A stretch of 64,000 nt of DNA. Source: Flavobacteriales bacterium (lineage in GTDB: Bacteria > Bacteroidota > Bacteroidia > Palsa-965). The stretch lies in NCBI GenBank assembly GCA_040377305.1, contig JBEIPA010000015.1, positions 66,842-130,841 of the forward strand. Direction: 5' to 3'. A program made the position numbers and the translations under genes. Shown one piece after another: positions 10,333-21,450 of this stretch. Each line of letters starts with the position of its first letter. Within the stretch, counting starts at the first letter, position 1. The notes under the pieces were generated by a model. That model was not told the origin of the DNA, did not search any database, and was given only the letters and a program-made list of their open reading frames with translations.

Positions 10333-11241
10333 ATGAAGAAACTGATACGTAAGCTCATTTTTACTTTACCTCCGGTGAAAAATCTGGAGAAGGAGCTTGC
10401 AAAGTATAAAACCTATCACGCGCCTGGTCATTACTACAGTCCGGTGCCTGACAAGGAATTCGTACGCGCTAATGCTGAACGGATTTTCGATCGCTCCGAT
10501 AAGCAACTGCATGGTATAAACATGCGTGCAAGTGAACAGTTCGATTTACTGAAACAGTTCCTTCCGTTTTATGCGGAGCATCCATTCACACCGAAGAAGA
10601 CCGAAGCCAATCGCTATTATCTGGAGAATGGCTTGTTTTCGTATTGCGACGGCATCTTTCTGCATTCCATGATTCGTCATCTGAAGCCGAAACGAATTAT
10701 TGAAGCGGGCTCTGGATTTTCTTCTGCAGTCATTCTTGACACAAACGAAAAGTATTTCGGCAACAAGATTGATGTGGTGCTGATTGAGCCATACACCGCA
10801 AGTCTCGATAAACTCACCGAAGGTCACAGCAAGCACTTTCGGATGGAGAAGAAATTTATTCAGGATGTAGACCTGAATATTTTCCGCACACTGGAGAAAG
10901 GTGATTTACTGTTCATTGATTCCACACACGTTTCAAAAGCGGGTAGTGATGTTAATCATATCCTTTTTGAAGTGTTGCCCATTCTTAATGAAGGTGTGTA
11001 TGTTCACTTTCATGATGTGTTCTGGCCGTTCGAATATCCGGAAGGATGGATCGAAAAAGGTTTTGCGTGGAATGAAGACTACATGCTGAGGTCGTTCCTG
11101 ATGTATAACGATCACTATGAAATTGTCTTCTTCAACAATTACATTGAACGGTTTCAGAAGGATTGGATTGGCAGTAACATGCCCGATATCCTGAAGAACG
11201 GTGGCGGCAGCTTATATCTCCGAAAAATTAAAGCCGGGTGA
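10333..11241 (+). CDS. Class I SAM-dependent methyltransferase (Methyltransf_24-like)
   Basis: IIEAGSGFSS, LFIDSTH, VHFHD, WNEDY. Confidence 0.88.
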   Translation: MKKLIRKLIFTLPPVKNLEKELAKYKTYHAPGHYYSPVPDKEFVRANAERIFDRSDKQLHGINMRASEQFDLLKQFLPFYAEHPFTPKKTEANRYYLENGLFSYCDGIFLHSMIRHLKPKRIIEAGSGFSSAVILDTNEKYFGNKIDVVLIEPYTASLDKLTEGHSKHFRMEKKFIQDVDLNIFRTLEKGDLLFIDSTHVSKAGSDVNHILFEVLPILNEGVYVHFHDVFWPFEYPEGWIEKGFAWNEDYMLRSFLMYNDHYEIVFFNNYIERFQKDWIGSNMPDILKNGGGSLYLRKIKAG

Positions 11242-12008
11242 GTGTTCCCTTGAATAATTCAGCAATCATTATTCAGGCACGCATGGGTTCGACCCGCATG
11301 CCAGGAAAAGTACTGGAGCCTTTTTACGCAGGTAAATCTATTCTTGATATCATTCTGCAAACACTCCGCACGAGTGTGCATCAACTACCTGTTGTATTGG
11401 CAACATCGGTGAGCAGTCTGGATGATCAACTGGAAGCATGGGCGCGCACGAATAACATCGGAGTGTTTCGCGGACATGAAACAAACGTCCTCAGCAGATT
11501 TACCGGATGTTGCGGGCAATTCGGTTTCGATTATGTAGTCCGCGTTTGTGCCGATAATCCATTTCTCGATGTTGATCTGCTGGATAAAATGGTCGCTGCA
11601 GGCATTGCGCATCAAGCCGATTACTGCAGTTACATGGCAGCAGATGATACACCTGCGATGAAGTCGCACCTTGGCATTTTTGCGGAGTGGGTAACAACTG
11701 CAGCACTGACAAAGGCGCAAACATTGACCGATGACCCGCTGTTTACTGAGCATGTTACCAATTTCATTTACGGAAATCCGGACCAATTCCGCCTTCATTG
11801 GCTTAAAGCGCCAGAGGTACTGTACAATCGCACGGACCTGCGTTTTACAATCGATACTCCGGAAGATTTTACCCTCATGCAGGAGCTTTACAGTCTTTTG
11901 GCAGAACGAGGCGTTCCGATTAACTTTATCAACCTGTTGACGCTTGTGGAAAGCGACACGCGGGCCTTACAGATCATGCAGAACCAAATTCGCAGATTCA
12001 CAAAATGA
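11238..12008 (+). CDS. CMP-nonulosonate synthetase / cytidylyltransferase (SpsF / CTP_transf_3; putative CMP-KDN synthetase)
   Basis: IIQARMGSTRMPGKV, RVCADNP, EHVT, RFTIDTPED; directly upstream of the synthase. Confidence 0.85.
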   Translation: MSVPLNNSAIIIQARMGSTRMPGKVLEPFYAGKSILDIILQTLRTSVHQLPVVLATSVSSLDDQLEAWARTNNIGVFRGHETNVLSRFTGCCGQFGFDYVVRVCADNPFLDVDLLDKMVAAGIAHQADYCSYMAADDTPAMKSHLGIFAEWVTTAALTKAQTLTDDPLFTEHVTNFIYGNPDQFRLHWLKAPEVLYNRTDLRFTIDTPEDFTLMQELYSLLAERGVPINFINLLTLVESDTRALQIMQNQIRRFTK

Positions 12009-13054
12009 GTGCAGGGAAAAGTATTTACGTGATCGGAGAGATCGGACAGAACCACAATGGATCTGTTGATATCGCAAAATTGATTGTGGATGCTGCTGCG
12101 CGTCCGATCGAAGAAAATCTATTTGGCTTAAAGTTAAAGCCAATGAATGCAGTGAAGCTCACACGTCGTGATCTGAATGAAGAACTTTCCAAATCACAAA
12201 TGTCGCGCCCTTATACCAGTGCACATTCATTTGGAAAAACCTACGGCGAACACCGGGAGTTTCTGGAACTGAATGATGAGGAGCATCTGGAGGTGTACAA
12301 GCACGCGAAATTTCACGGACTGGATTTTGTAGAAACACTTTGCGCGCCCGGTTGTTTATCATTACTCAAGCTTTTCACACCCGAGTATCTGAAAGTTGCC
12401 AGTCGCGATCTTACGAATCTTCCTTTGCTCAGCGCAATGGCAGAGACGAAGATTCCAATGATACTTTCCACTGGAATGGCCGGACAATCGCAGCTAAACG
12501 ACGCGTTGGAAGTAATTACAAAATACCATTCCGGAATTTCTATTCTGCATTGTGTTTCACAGTATCCGACACAACCGCAGAATGTAAACCTGCTTACGAT
12601 TTCATGGCTGCAGAAAAATTACGCGCAGTACATGATCGGATATTCTGATCACACCATCGGTATTTCCACTCCGGTGGCAGCTGCCGCAATGGGAGCACGC
12701 ATTATTGAGAAGCACATTACGCTTGATCGCCGAATGAAGGGAACAGATCAGGCAGGTTCACTCGGTCCAGATGGAATAAACCGACTGATGCGTGATTTGC
12801 GTGTGCTCGAAATGTCGTGGGGAAGAGAAGAGATGTTCATTGAGCCCGGCGTTGAAGAAGCCCGTGTAAAACTGGAACGCTCGATTGCAACCAAGCGCGA
12901 CATGAAGAAGGGTGAACGCATCAGCGAGGCCGACATCCACATGCTTTCCCCGGGCGATGGATACAAGTGGAGTGAACGTGCTGCGGTTGTCGGTAAAACG
13001 CTGAGCAACGATATCGCTTGTGATGAAATTATTTATCCATCTTCATTATCATAA
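12005..13054 (+). CDS. NeuB/SpsE-family nonulosonate synthase with SAF domain (putative KDN-9-phosphate synthase)
   Basis: GEIGQNHNGS, KVASRD, LSTGM, LHCVSQYP, GYSDHTIG, IEKHIT, C-terminal SPGDG; resembles B. thetaiotaomicron BT1714 as recalled. Confidence 0.9.
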   Translation: MSAGKSIYVIGEIGQNHNGSVDIAKLIVDAAARPIEENLFGLKLKPMNAVKLTRRDLNEELSKSQMSRPYTSAHSFGKTYGEHREFLELNDEEHLEVYKHAKFHGLDFVETLCAPGCLSLLKLFTPEYLKVASRDLTNLPLLSAMAETKIPMILSTGMAGQSQLNDALEVITKYHSGISILHCVSQYPTQPQNVNLLTISWLQKNYAQYMIGYSDHTIGISTPVAAAAMGARIIEKHITLDRRMKGTDQAGSLGPDGINRLMRDLRVLEMSWGREEMFIEPGVEEARVKLERSIATKRDMKKGERISEADIHMLSPGDGYKWSERAAVVGKTLSNDIACDEIIYPSSLS

Positions 13055-13066
13055 CAGATCCGAAGG

Positions 13067-13816
13067 ATGAAAATAGAAACTAAAAGTATCGCATCGCAGG
13101 AAGAGCAGGATAGACGTGCACACTTTGTACAGAACTATGTATCAAATCCTATTCCTGAGAATGAAAAGCTGAGTAACCTCGGCTTATTCGTCAAACGACA
13201 AGAGCTAACGAAGACAGTGATGTTTACTGATCTGTACCGGAAATTTCTTCCTGTACACGGTGTGATTATGGAATTCGGAGTTCGTTGGGGACAAAATCTC
13301 GTAACATTAACCAATCTTCGTGGGATTCTGGAGCCGTACAATTACAGCCGAAAGATTATTGGCTTCGATACATTTTCAGGATTTCCTTCTGTGCATAAGA
13401 ATGATGGTTCTCATGAAGTTATCAAAGAGGGAGCTTTTACGGTAACGGATGGTTATGAAAATTATCTCGATAAGATTCTTGATTATCATGAGAAGGAATC
13501 TCCGTTGTCTCATATCCGCAAACACGAGTTGGTAAAAGGTGATGCAAGTGTGATGCTGGAGAAATACCTGAAGGATCATCCTGAAACAATTGTTGCATTT
13601 GCATGGTTCGATTTCGATATCTACGAACCTACGAAAAAGTGTCTGGAGCTTCTTAAGCCTCATCTTGTGAAAGGGAGTGTGCTTGGATTCGACGAGTTGC
13701 TTGATCCGCAATTTCCCGGAGAAACAGTGGCGGTACGTGAAGTCCTTGGGATGCAGAACATCCGTCTGGAACGAATGCCTTATGGAGGAATTCAATCATT
13801 TGCCGTTCTGGAATAA
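13067..13816 (+). CDS. TylF/MycF-family sugar O-methyltransferase
   Basis: IMEFGVRWG, GFDTFSGFP, LVKGD, FDFDIYEPT, GFDE. Confidence 0.8.
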   Translation: MKIETKSIASQEEQDRRAHFVQNYVSNPIPENEKLSNLGLFVKRQELTKTVMFTDLYRKFLPVHGVIMEFGVRWGQNLVTLTNLRGILEPYNYSRKIIGFDTFSGFPSVHKNDGSHEVIKEGAFTVTDGYENYLDKILDYHEKESPLSHIRKHELVKGDASVMLEKYLKDHPETIVAFAWFDFDIYEPTKKCLELLKPHLVKGSVLGFDELLDPQFPGETVAVREVLGMQNIRLERMPYGGIQSFAVLE

Positions 13817-13833
13817 TTTGAATTCCTGAAAAG

Positions 13834-15111
13834 ATGACGAGAAACCCAGGTGAAGAAATGCATGACTTCCTACGGAAATTATTTCCTGTTTGTCGCAGCA
13901 TAACAGGGAATGGCGTCCGCGAAACTTTAAAACAGATTTCAGAATTTCTCCCTCTCCGGATTTCTGAAGTGCCGAGTGGTACTGTAGCTTACGATTGGGT
14001 CGTTCCAAACGAATGGAATATCATTGAAGCATGGATCGAGAATGAAGATGGAGTGAGAATTGTTGACTTCGCGAATAACAATCTTCATGTTGTGGGCTAT
14101 TCAATACCGGTCGATCGTGAAATTCCACTCGAGGAACTGCTGGCTCGGATACATTCCCTCCCCGAGATGCCTGATGCGATTCCGTACGTTACATCGTATT
14201 ATAAGGAAACATGGGGCTTTTGTATGACTCACCGTCAGAGGTCAGCGATGCGTCCCGGAAATTATCGCGTTAAGATCAATAGCACACTGGCTCCTGGTAC
14301 ACTTACGTATGGCGAGCTTTTCATCCGGGGCAAATCAGAAAAGGAAATTTTCATTTCAACATACATCTGCCATCCTTCGATGGCGAACAATGAATTGTCG
14401 GGGCCCGTGGTGTCTGCATGGCTCGCACGCTGGCTTTCCGGAAGAGAAAATTATTACAGCTACCGTTTCATCTTTATACCTGAAACGATTGGGGCTATCG
14501 TTTATCTCTCACGTAACCTGGCTCAACTGCGCAGTAATATGCTGGCGGGCTTTGTTCTGTCGTGTGTGGGTGATGAGCGTGCGTGGTCGCTTGTGTCGAG
14601 CAGATACGCGAACACGTATGCAGATAAACTGGCGAAGAGAGTGGCGGATAAAATGCAGTTGAATCCGATCGTGTATTCTTACCTCGAACGTGGTAGCGAT
14701 GAACGTCAGTTTGGTGCTCCGGGTGTTGATTTGCCATTGGTCACTTTCTGCAGAAGTAAATTCGGAGAGTATCCTGAATATCATACTTCGGCCGACGATC
14801 TTTCACTGGTCACTGCGGCTGGATTGAACGGATCATTGGAATACCTGAAAAATATCGTGCTCGAAGCAGAAGAGAACAGGTTATACCGTGTAACAACGCT
14901 TGGTGAACCTCAGCTTGGAAAGCGGGGAATGTATCCCACAACGAGCACGCGCGACTCCATTCATCAGATCAAGGACTTGCGGAACATCATTGCCTACGCA
15001 GACGGATTGAATGATGTTCACACGATCAGCGCGATTACTTCAGTGCCTTACGAACAGGTGAAGCATACGCTGCAGCGTTTAGTAGATGCGGGAATCGCTG
15101 AAGAACTATAA
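13834..15111 (+). CDS. DUF4910/DUF2172 aminopeptidase-like polysaccharide biosynthesis protein with C-terminal wHTH
   Basis: RSITGNGVRETL, PYVTSYY, YICHPSMANNELSG, GSDERQ, YPEYHTSAD, GEPQLGKRGMYPT. Confidence 0.9.
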   Translation: MTRNPGEEMHDFLRKLFPVCRSITGNGVRETLKQISEFLPLRISEVPSGTVAYDWVVPNEWNIIEAWIENEDGVRIVDFANNNLHVVGYSIPVDREIPLEELLARIHSLPEMPDAIPYVTSYYKETWGFCMTHRQRSAMRPGNYRVKINSTLAPGTLTYGELFIRGKSEKEIFISTYICHPSMANNELSGPVVSAWLARWLSGRENYYSYRFIFIPETIGAIVYLSRNLAQLRSNMLAGFVLSCVGDERAWSLVSSRYANTYADKLAKRVADKMQLNPIVYSYLERGSDERQFGAPGVDLPLVTFCRSKFGEYPEYHTSADDLSLVTAAGLNGSLEYLKNIVLEAEENRLYRVTTLGEPQLGKRGMYPTTSTRDSIHQIKDLRNIIAYADGLNDVHTISAITSVPYEQVKHTLQRLVDAGIAEEL

Positions 15112-15123
15112 ACTGTACCAGCC

Positions 15124-16393
<1,270 letters not shown>

Positions 16394-17707
16394 ATGTATC
16401 GGATCGTGAGGTTTTATCTTCGGTTGATCTCCAAAGCAGATCGTACCGGTAACAATGAAGCCCTCGCTGGATGGAGTCTCGTATACAAAAAAAGTTACCG
16501 GAATCCTTCTCAATCACGCGTGATTGGCGTGTTGAGTTCGTGGATGAAAACATTCGGCAGAACACTTTTTGCGAAAACGAAAATGCACCAGGTTGACGGT
16601 GGCAATGATGGGTTTCTCGTTTGGGACAACCGCAACGTAAAAGAGATTCGAGTAGCGCATATCAGATCGAACAATATTTCGGTGCCCGGAATTTTTATCG
16701 CCCGAAATGAAATAGCAATCACCGGATTTGTTCAGCGACTGAACGCCCTGTTTTCCTTGTTCTGGTTTCTACCGGGTTTAACTTTCCGATCACTGTTCAG
16801 CGCAAATCCAGCGGGCATAACACTGTTACCGTTCGAATGGTACGAAGCGAGTGCTTTAATGCAAATAGTGAAGACAAAGAATATCCGTGCGATTTATTTT
16901 TATTGTCCGTATGAAGTTGATGCGAACGCTCTATTTCTTTTGTTGCATGAACAGGGTGTGAAGGTCACTAAGATTCCATCTCCGAACCTTTTGTCCATTG
17001 GAAATTCTGAGTTGCTCGCAGATGAGTTGATATTGTCCAGCCCATGTCAGTTAGATGAATTGGAACTGCATAAATCAACCTTGAGGACGGCAAGCAGTGC
17101 GCGGTGGTTGCCCGAGCAGTTCATTCAATATGCTCAGCATTATAAAGTGCGTAGTAAACCGGCATCGAAGACAATCGGTTACTATTCTCACGGCAGCTGG
17201 TTGCGCAATGCGGATGTTTCCGACAATGTGGGTGATGTAAAGGCTGAATTGGCGCTCTTACCTGTTCTTGCAAAGTTCCTGCAGTCGCATTCCGATTTTT
17301 CATGTACGGTATTTCTTCACCCCAAGGAGAAAAAGACGGAAATGTCAAAAGTGAACGCCTATTATGCTGGACTGTTCGGAGATGGTCGCGTTAGTTTTGC
17401 GGCTGCCGATAAATCGGGTGCAGAACAATTTGATACTGTTGACATCGGAGTTGGTGCGCTGAGTACCATACTTTTTGAACGGCTTTTCCTCGGCAACAAA
17501 ACCATTTTCTATCCGGCTGGAGTCACGATTTTTCCTGTGCCCGGTTCTGCTGTATCGAAAATCTGTGCGAACACTGAAATTGAATTGGAACAGCTAATTT
17601 TGCAGTGTGCGGGTGTAACTGCAAGCGAATTCAGAAAGCTGAATGACCTTGATAAATATACTTTGCACGAATGGTTTCCGGAAACACATTATGGCCGACA
17701 AGATTGA
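16394..17707 (+). CDS. Hypothetical protein, candidate nonulosonate (KDN) glycosyltransferase, GT-B-like C-terminal half
   Basis: Long coupled ORF; VFLHPKE and LSTILFE resemble the HP and S(S/T) motifs of bacterial sialyltransferases. The CDS is secure, the function is inferred. Confidence 0.55.
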   Translation: MYRIVRFYLRLISKADRTGNNEALAGWSLVYKKSYRNPSQSRVIGVLSSWMKTFGRTLFAKTKMHQVDGGNDGFLVWDNRNVKEIRVAHIRSNNISVPGIFIARNEIAITGFVQRLNALFSLFWFLPGLTFRSLFSANPAGITLLPFEWYEASALMQIVKTKNIRAIYFYCPYEVDANALFLLLHEQGVKVTKIPSPNLLSIGNSELLADELILSSPCQLDELELHKSTLRTASSARWLPEQFIQYAQHYKVRSKPASKTIGYYSHGSWLRNADVSDNVGDVKAELALLPVLAKFLQSHSDFSCTVFLHPKEKKTEMSKVNAYYAGLFGDGRVSFAAADKSGAEQFDTVDIGVGALSTILFERLFLGNKTIFYPAGVTIFPVPGSAVSKICANTEIELEQLILQCAGVTASEFRKLNDLDKYTLHEWFPETHYGRQD

Positions 17708-18671
17708 GTATTCCGATCACGAGCATTTTGCAAAGCAGTATTCCGGTTTTGCGAAATGGAAATTCCTTTGGAAAGTAAAAAGAGGATTCCGTGCTGCAGA
17801 TGCGCGGCTCAAAGAAACACTTGCGAAAAAGGAATGCTATTACGGTCCGTTCAAAGGTGAGTTCGGGCATTTTCTCGCGCACACGCTACCGTTTCTTGCA
17901 TGGCTGCATCGTCAGGGAGTAAAGATTCATTACTGTGGAATGGAAATACATAAACCATTTCTCGTAGATGAAACCGGATCATCGATCATCCACGATTATT
18001 TTCCGCTACGTGATTTCTTTGCAGAAGTATCTCCATCATGCAACAAGACTGTCGCACCCGCAGATGTTGAAGCCGAGATTCAGAAATGGAAAACACAGGC
18101 CCGCGATTCCGGTTTGCCTTTCTATGAAATTGACGAAGAGTTTTACTACTGGTTTGTGCATCGCAGTTGGACAATGATTGGACCGTATTCACACGGTTAC
18201 CGTCTGGATAAAGCGTACTGGAACAAGCCCAAGGAAAATAGTGTGTGCGTGTTTCCAAGAACAAAAGGTGCACGTTTCTCGAAGAACAATGGTGGGCCGT
18301 GGGATTACGCGGACCTTGTAAAAAAACTTTCTCCGCATTTCGACAAGGTTTATGTATGCGGACATCCTTCTCAGGTGCTCGCCATGCAGCCGGAAGGAAA
18401 TATTGAAATGTGTGTGACTGCCGATAACGCAGTCATTCTCGAAAAGTGTTCGCGGAGTCGCTTGATTATTACACAACACTCGGGAGTAAACAACCTTGGT
18501 GAATACACGGACACTCCGGTTCTGATCATTTACAACGGGGAACCACCGATAGGAAGCATGCAGAACACGCAACGTTTCCGTCCTTTTCTGACCGGCCTGG
18601 GCAAAAAAGAGCTTCACCCATTGGCATTTGCTTTTTCTGAGAAGGAAATCATCGATTTTGTGTGCAAATGA
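17691..18671 (+). CDS. Hypothetical protein, divergent GT9 (heptosyltransferase)-like
   Basis: N-terminal GEFGH...LP; C-terminal SRLIITQHSGVNNLGEYTDTPVLIIY resembles the GT9 xDSGxxHLA...P segment; start at ATG 17691. Confidence 0.55.
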   Translation: MADKIEYSDHEHFAKQYSGFAKWKFLWKVKRGFRAADARLKETLAKKECYYGPFKGEFGHFLAHTLPFLAWLHRQGVKIHYCGMEIHKPFLVDETGSSIIHDYFPLRDFFAEVSPSCNKTVAPADVEAEIQKWKTQARDSGLPFYEIDEEFYYWFVHRSWTMIGPYSHGYRLDKAYWNKPKENSVCVFPRTKGARFSKNNGGPWDYADLVKKLSPHFDKVYVCGHPSQVLAMQPEGNIEMCVTADNAVILEKCSRSRLIITQHSGVNNLGEYTDTPVLIIYNGEPPIGSMQNTQRFRPFLTGLGKKELHPLAFAFSEKEIIDFVCK

Positions 18672-18739
18672 TGTGTTGACGCGTACGCTTAAATTGCCCG
18701 ATGCGTAAGCGAAAATGGCTTAAAAAACTCAGAAAAGCG

Positions 18740-18747
18740 TATATTTG
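18740..18747 (+). promoter_or_regulatory. Bacteroidota -7 promoter element TATATTTG
   Basis: Exact TAnnTTTG match 5 nt before ATG 18753 in an 81-nt gap. Confidence 0.6.
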
Positions 18748-18752
18748 AGGCT

Positions 18753-19640
18753 ATGCCTTCAAATACGGAACTAACCCGTGATTTTATTGAGAAGTGTGCG
18801 GGGCTACGCGTTGCGGTTATCGGTGAAACCATTACCGACGAGTTCATTGATGTGGTTTATGAAGGCCATTCCATGAAGTCTTTTTGCCCTGTTTTTCGTT
18901 TTGCGGAAAATGGCGCAACACAGGTACAGAGTGGTGGTGCAGCAGCAATTGCAGGTCACCTTCGCGATTTTGTAAAATCAGTTGAGCTTATTTCCAACAA
19001 CAGCAGCGACATTGTTAAGACGCGTTACATCGATGCGTCTGATAAAAAGAAGCACGTTGAAATAAACCGGTTTAACAAAGCGAACTTCAAAGACATTACC
19101 GTTAACACCAATGACTTTGATGTTGTAATTGTTGCAGACTTTGGACATGGATTTTGCGATAAACTTAAGATCAACGATGGTTTTCATCTCATGACACAAA
19201 CGAACTCGAACAATTTCGGATTCAATCGTATGTCAAAGTGGAAACCTCTTCGCAAGAAAAGCGTAACGCTGGATCTAAGAGAAGCAAGTCTTCAGATGAA
19301 CCGCCCGATAAAAGGAGAAGTAGATAGCGACATTCGTGCGTTGTATAATTACGAGATCAATTCACAGCACATGTTTGTGACATTGGGTAGCAGCGGATCT
19401 TTGCATGCCGATGAGAATACGATTGCACGACAGAAATCATTCAAGAGTACCATTGTAGACACAATCGGAGCAGGAGACACGTACTTTTCATTCTGTTGCC
19501 TGCAAGCACATCTACAGGAGAATATTACCGAAATGATTGTTCCTTCTCTGGCAGCCAGCCTTTCAACAACCTGGTTGTGCAATGAGAAATCAGTTTCCAA
19601 AGAAATGTTACTGGACTATGCAGCTAGAGCTATACAATAA
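18753..19640 (+). CDS. PfkB-family sugar kinase, HldE/RfaE domain I-like
   Basis: VAVIGETITDEF, GGAAAIA, VADFGHG, VTLGSSG, DTIGAGDT. Confidence 0.82.
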   Translation: MPSNTELTRDFIEKCAGLRVAVIGETITDEFIDVVYEGHSMKSFCPVFRFAENGATQVQSGGAAAIAGHLRDFVKSVELISNNSSDIVKTRYIDASDKKKHVEINRFNKANFKDITVNTNDFDVVIVADFGHGFCDKLKINDGFHLMTQTNSNNFGFNRMSKWKPLRKKSVTLDLREASLQMNRPIKGEVDSDIRALYNYEINSQHMFVTLGSSGSLHADENTIARQKSFKSTIVDTIGAGDTYFSFCCLQAHLQENITEMIVPSLAASLSTTWLCNEKSVSKEMLLDYAARAIQ

Positions 19641-20136
19641 ACATTTCACCGCGTGGTTCAGCGATCCCGCAATTCAAAAAGGAATTGTTGATTCTCTCGC
19701 TTTGCTGAAAGGTCGCAAAAGAATATTTTTTCTGGGCAATGGCGGATCCAATTCCATTTCATCGCACATGATGGAGGATTACGGAAAGATCGCCGGTTTT
19801 CAGACGTATGCATTTTCAGATGCTTCACTTATAACGTGCTACGCGAACGATTACGGCTATGACAACGCAATGGCCGAATGGCTGAAGCTGCATTTCCAGG
19901 AAGGCGATGTACTTATTGTCACCAGCAGTTCAGGGGAATCGAAAAATATTGTGAATGCAGCTTTAGTTGCAAAGCAGAAAATGGGAGCCATGATTACGCT
20001 TAGCGGATTTGGAGAGGGAAATACACTCAGTACAATGGGCGATGTTAACTTTTACCTAAACGCACGCAACTACGGCATGGTGGAATGTTTTCACCAGGTG
20101 ATCCTCCACGTAATTCTCGATTCCATCAATGGCTGA
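19618..20136 (+). CDS. gmhA: SIS-domain phosphoheptose isomerase-like protein
   Basis: FLGNGGS, TCYANDYGY, SSSGESKNI, YGMVECFH; start at ATG 19618. Confidence 0.8.
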   Translation: MQLELYNKHFTAWFSDPAIQKGIVDSLALLKGRKRIFFLGNGGSNSISSHMMEDYGKIAGFQTYAFSDASLITCYANDYGYDNAMAEWLKLHFQEGDVLIVTSSSGESKNIVNAALVAKQKMGAMITLSGFGEGNTLSTMGDVNFYLNARNYGMVECFHQVILHVILDSING

Positions 20137-21043
20137 TCGCGCGCTGATAACCGGGGTCGCGGGATTTATCGGATCCAACCTGCTCGATTTTCTCCTGGAA
20201 CATACCGACTGGGAAATTGATGGAGTAGATAATCTTTCAACCGGCTCGCAGCAGAACATCGCGCAGCATACAGACAATTCGCGATTTACTTTTTTCACGG
20301 GAGATCTTACACAGATCACTTCGCTGAAAAAGTACAAATACGTTTTTCATCTCGCTGCACTTCCGCGCATTCAGCCAAGTTTTGAATTAGTGGGGGAACA
20401 TATCACACATAACGTGCTGAAAGCCGCTCACTTGTTCGAAGTCATGATCCGGGAAAACTATTTTCCGCGAATTATCTATAGCGGTTCGAGTGCGATTTAT
20501 GGTACACCGGAGCAGATTCCTACCAGCGAAACAGAGAAAGTCGATTGCCTGAGTCCTTATGCATTTCAGAAATATGAAGTAGAGCGTTATCTGGAGCTAC
20601 TGGCAACACGGTATCCGTTCGATTACGTGACGCTTCGATATTTTAATCCGTATGGACCGCGCAGTTTTAATCCGGCAAACTCATTCAACGCATACAGCAG
20701 TGTTGTTGGAATTTTTCTGAACCGTCATAAATCAAATCAACCCTTACTTGTAACCGGAGATGGCAGCCAGCAGCGCGATTTCATTCACGTTGGAGATCTG
20801 GCACGCGCCAATTACAGCGCAGCAATTCACAAGGGCAAACTGAATACAGCATTCAATATCGGTTTTGGGAGTACGTTAAGTGTGCTCGAGCTTGCAAAGA
20901 AGATTTCGGATAAGTACGAATTTATCCCGAAGCGTGAAGGTGAAGCGGATATCACCTTCGCCGATATTACCAAAGCGAAGTCCGTACTCGGCTGGCAACC
21001 TATTCACACGCTGGATTCCTACCTGGAAAATGAACGCGCATGA
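20129..21043 (+). CDS. NAD-dependent epimerase/dehydratase
   Basis: TGVAGFIGS, FHLAA, YAFQK, LRYFNPYG, RDFIHV. Confidence 0.92.
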   Translation: MADRALITGVAGFIGSNLLDFLLEHTDWEIDGVDNLSTGSQQNIAQHTDNSRFTFFTGDLTQITSLKKYKYVFHLAALPRIQPSFELVGEHITHNVLKAAHLFEVMIRENYFPRIIYSGSSAIYGTPEQIPTSETEKVDCLSPYAFQKYEVERYLELLATRYPFDYVTLRYFNPYGPRSFNPANSFNAYSSVVGIFLNRHKSNQPLLVTGDGSQQRDFIHVGDLARANYSAAIHKGKLNTAFNIGFGSTLSVLELAKKISDKYEFIPKREGEADITFADITKAKSVLGWQPIHTLDSYLENERA

Positions 21044-21450
21044 AAAAGGGATTTGCATGCGGAGTGTTTGATCTTTTTCACGCAGGACATGTGCTGATGC
21101 TGAAGGAGTGCAAAGAACATTGCGATTATCTTGTTCTGGCATTAAACAAGGCTGAGAACATTGATGGAACAATAAATCCAGGGAAACGTTCACCCGTTTA
21201 TTCACTGGAGGAACGAAAAATGATTTTGGAATCCTGCCGTTTTGTTGACGAAGTAGTAGTTTATAATTCGGAAGAAGAGCTTCTATCCATCTTACAGAAA
21301 GGCAATTTCGACATTCGCTTTCTCGGCGATGATTATCGCGGAAGACCAATTACCGGCGAAGACCTGAATATCGCCATACACTACACAGACCGTTCTCACG
21401 GACTTTCCACAACAAGATTTGTTGACCGAATCAGGAAGGAGGGTTTATGA
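21040..21450 (+). CDS. Stand-alone nucleotidyltransferase (TagD / RfaE domain II family)
   Basis: GVFDLFHAGH (HxGH), ERxxIL, FVDEV, GDDY, RSHGLSTT. Confidence 0.88.
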   Translation: MKKGFACGVFDLFHAGHVLMLKECKEHCDYLVLALNKAENIDGTINPGKRSPVYSLEERKMILESCRFVDEVVVYNSEEELLSILQKGNFDIRFLGDDYRGRPITGEDLNIAIHYTDRSHGLSTTRFVDRIRKEGL

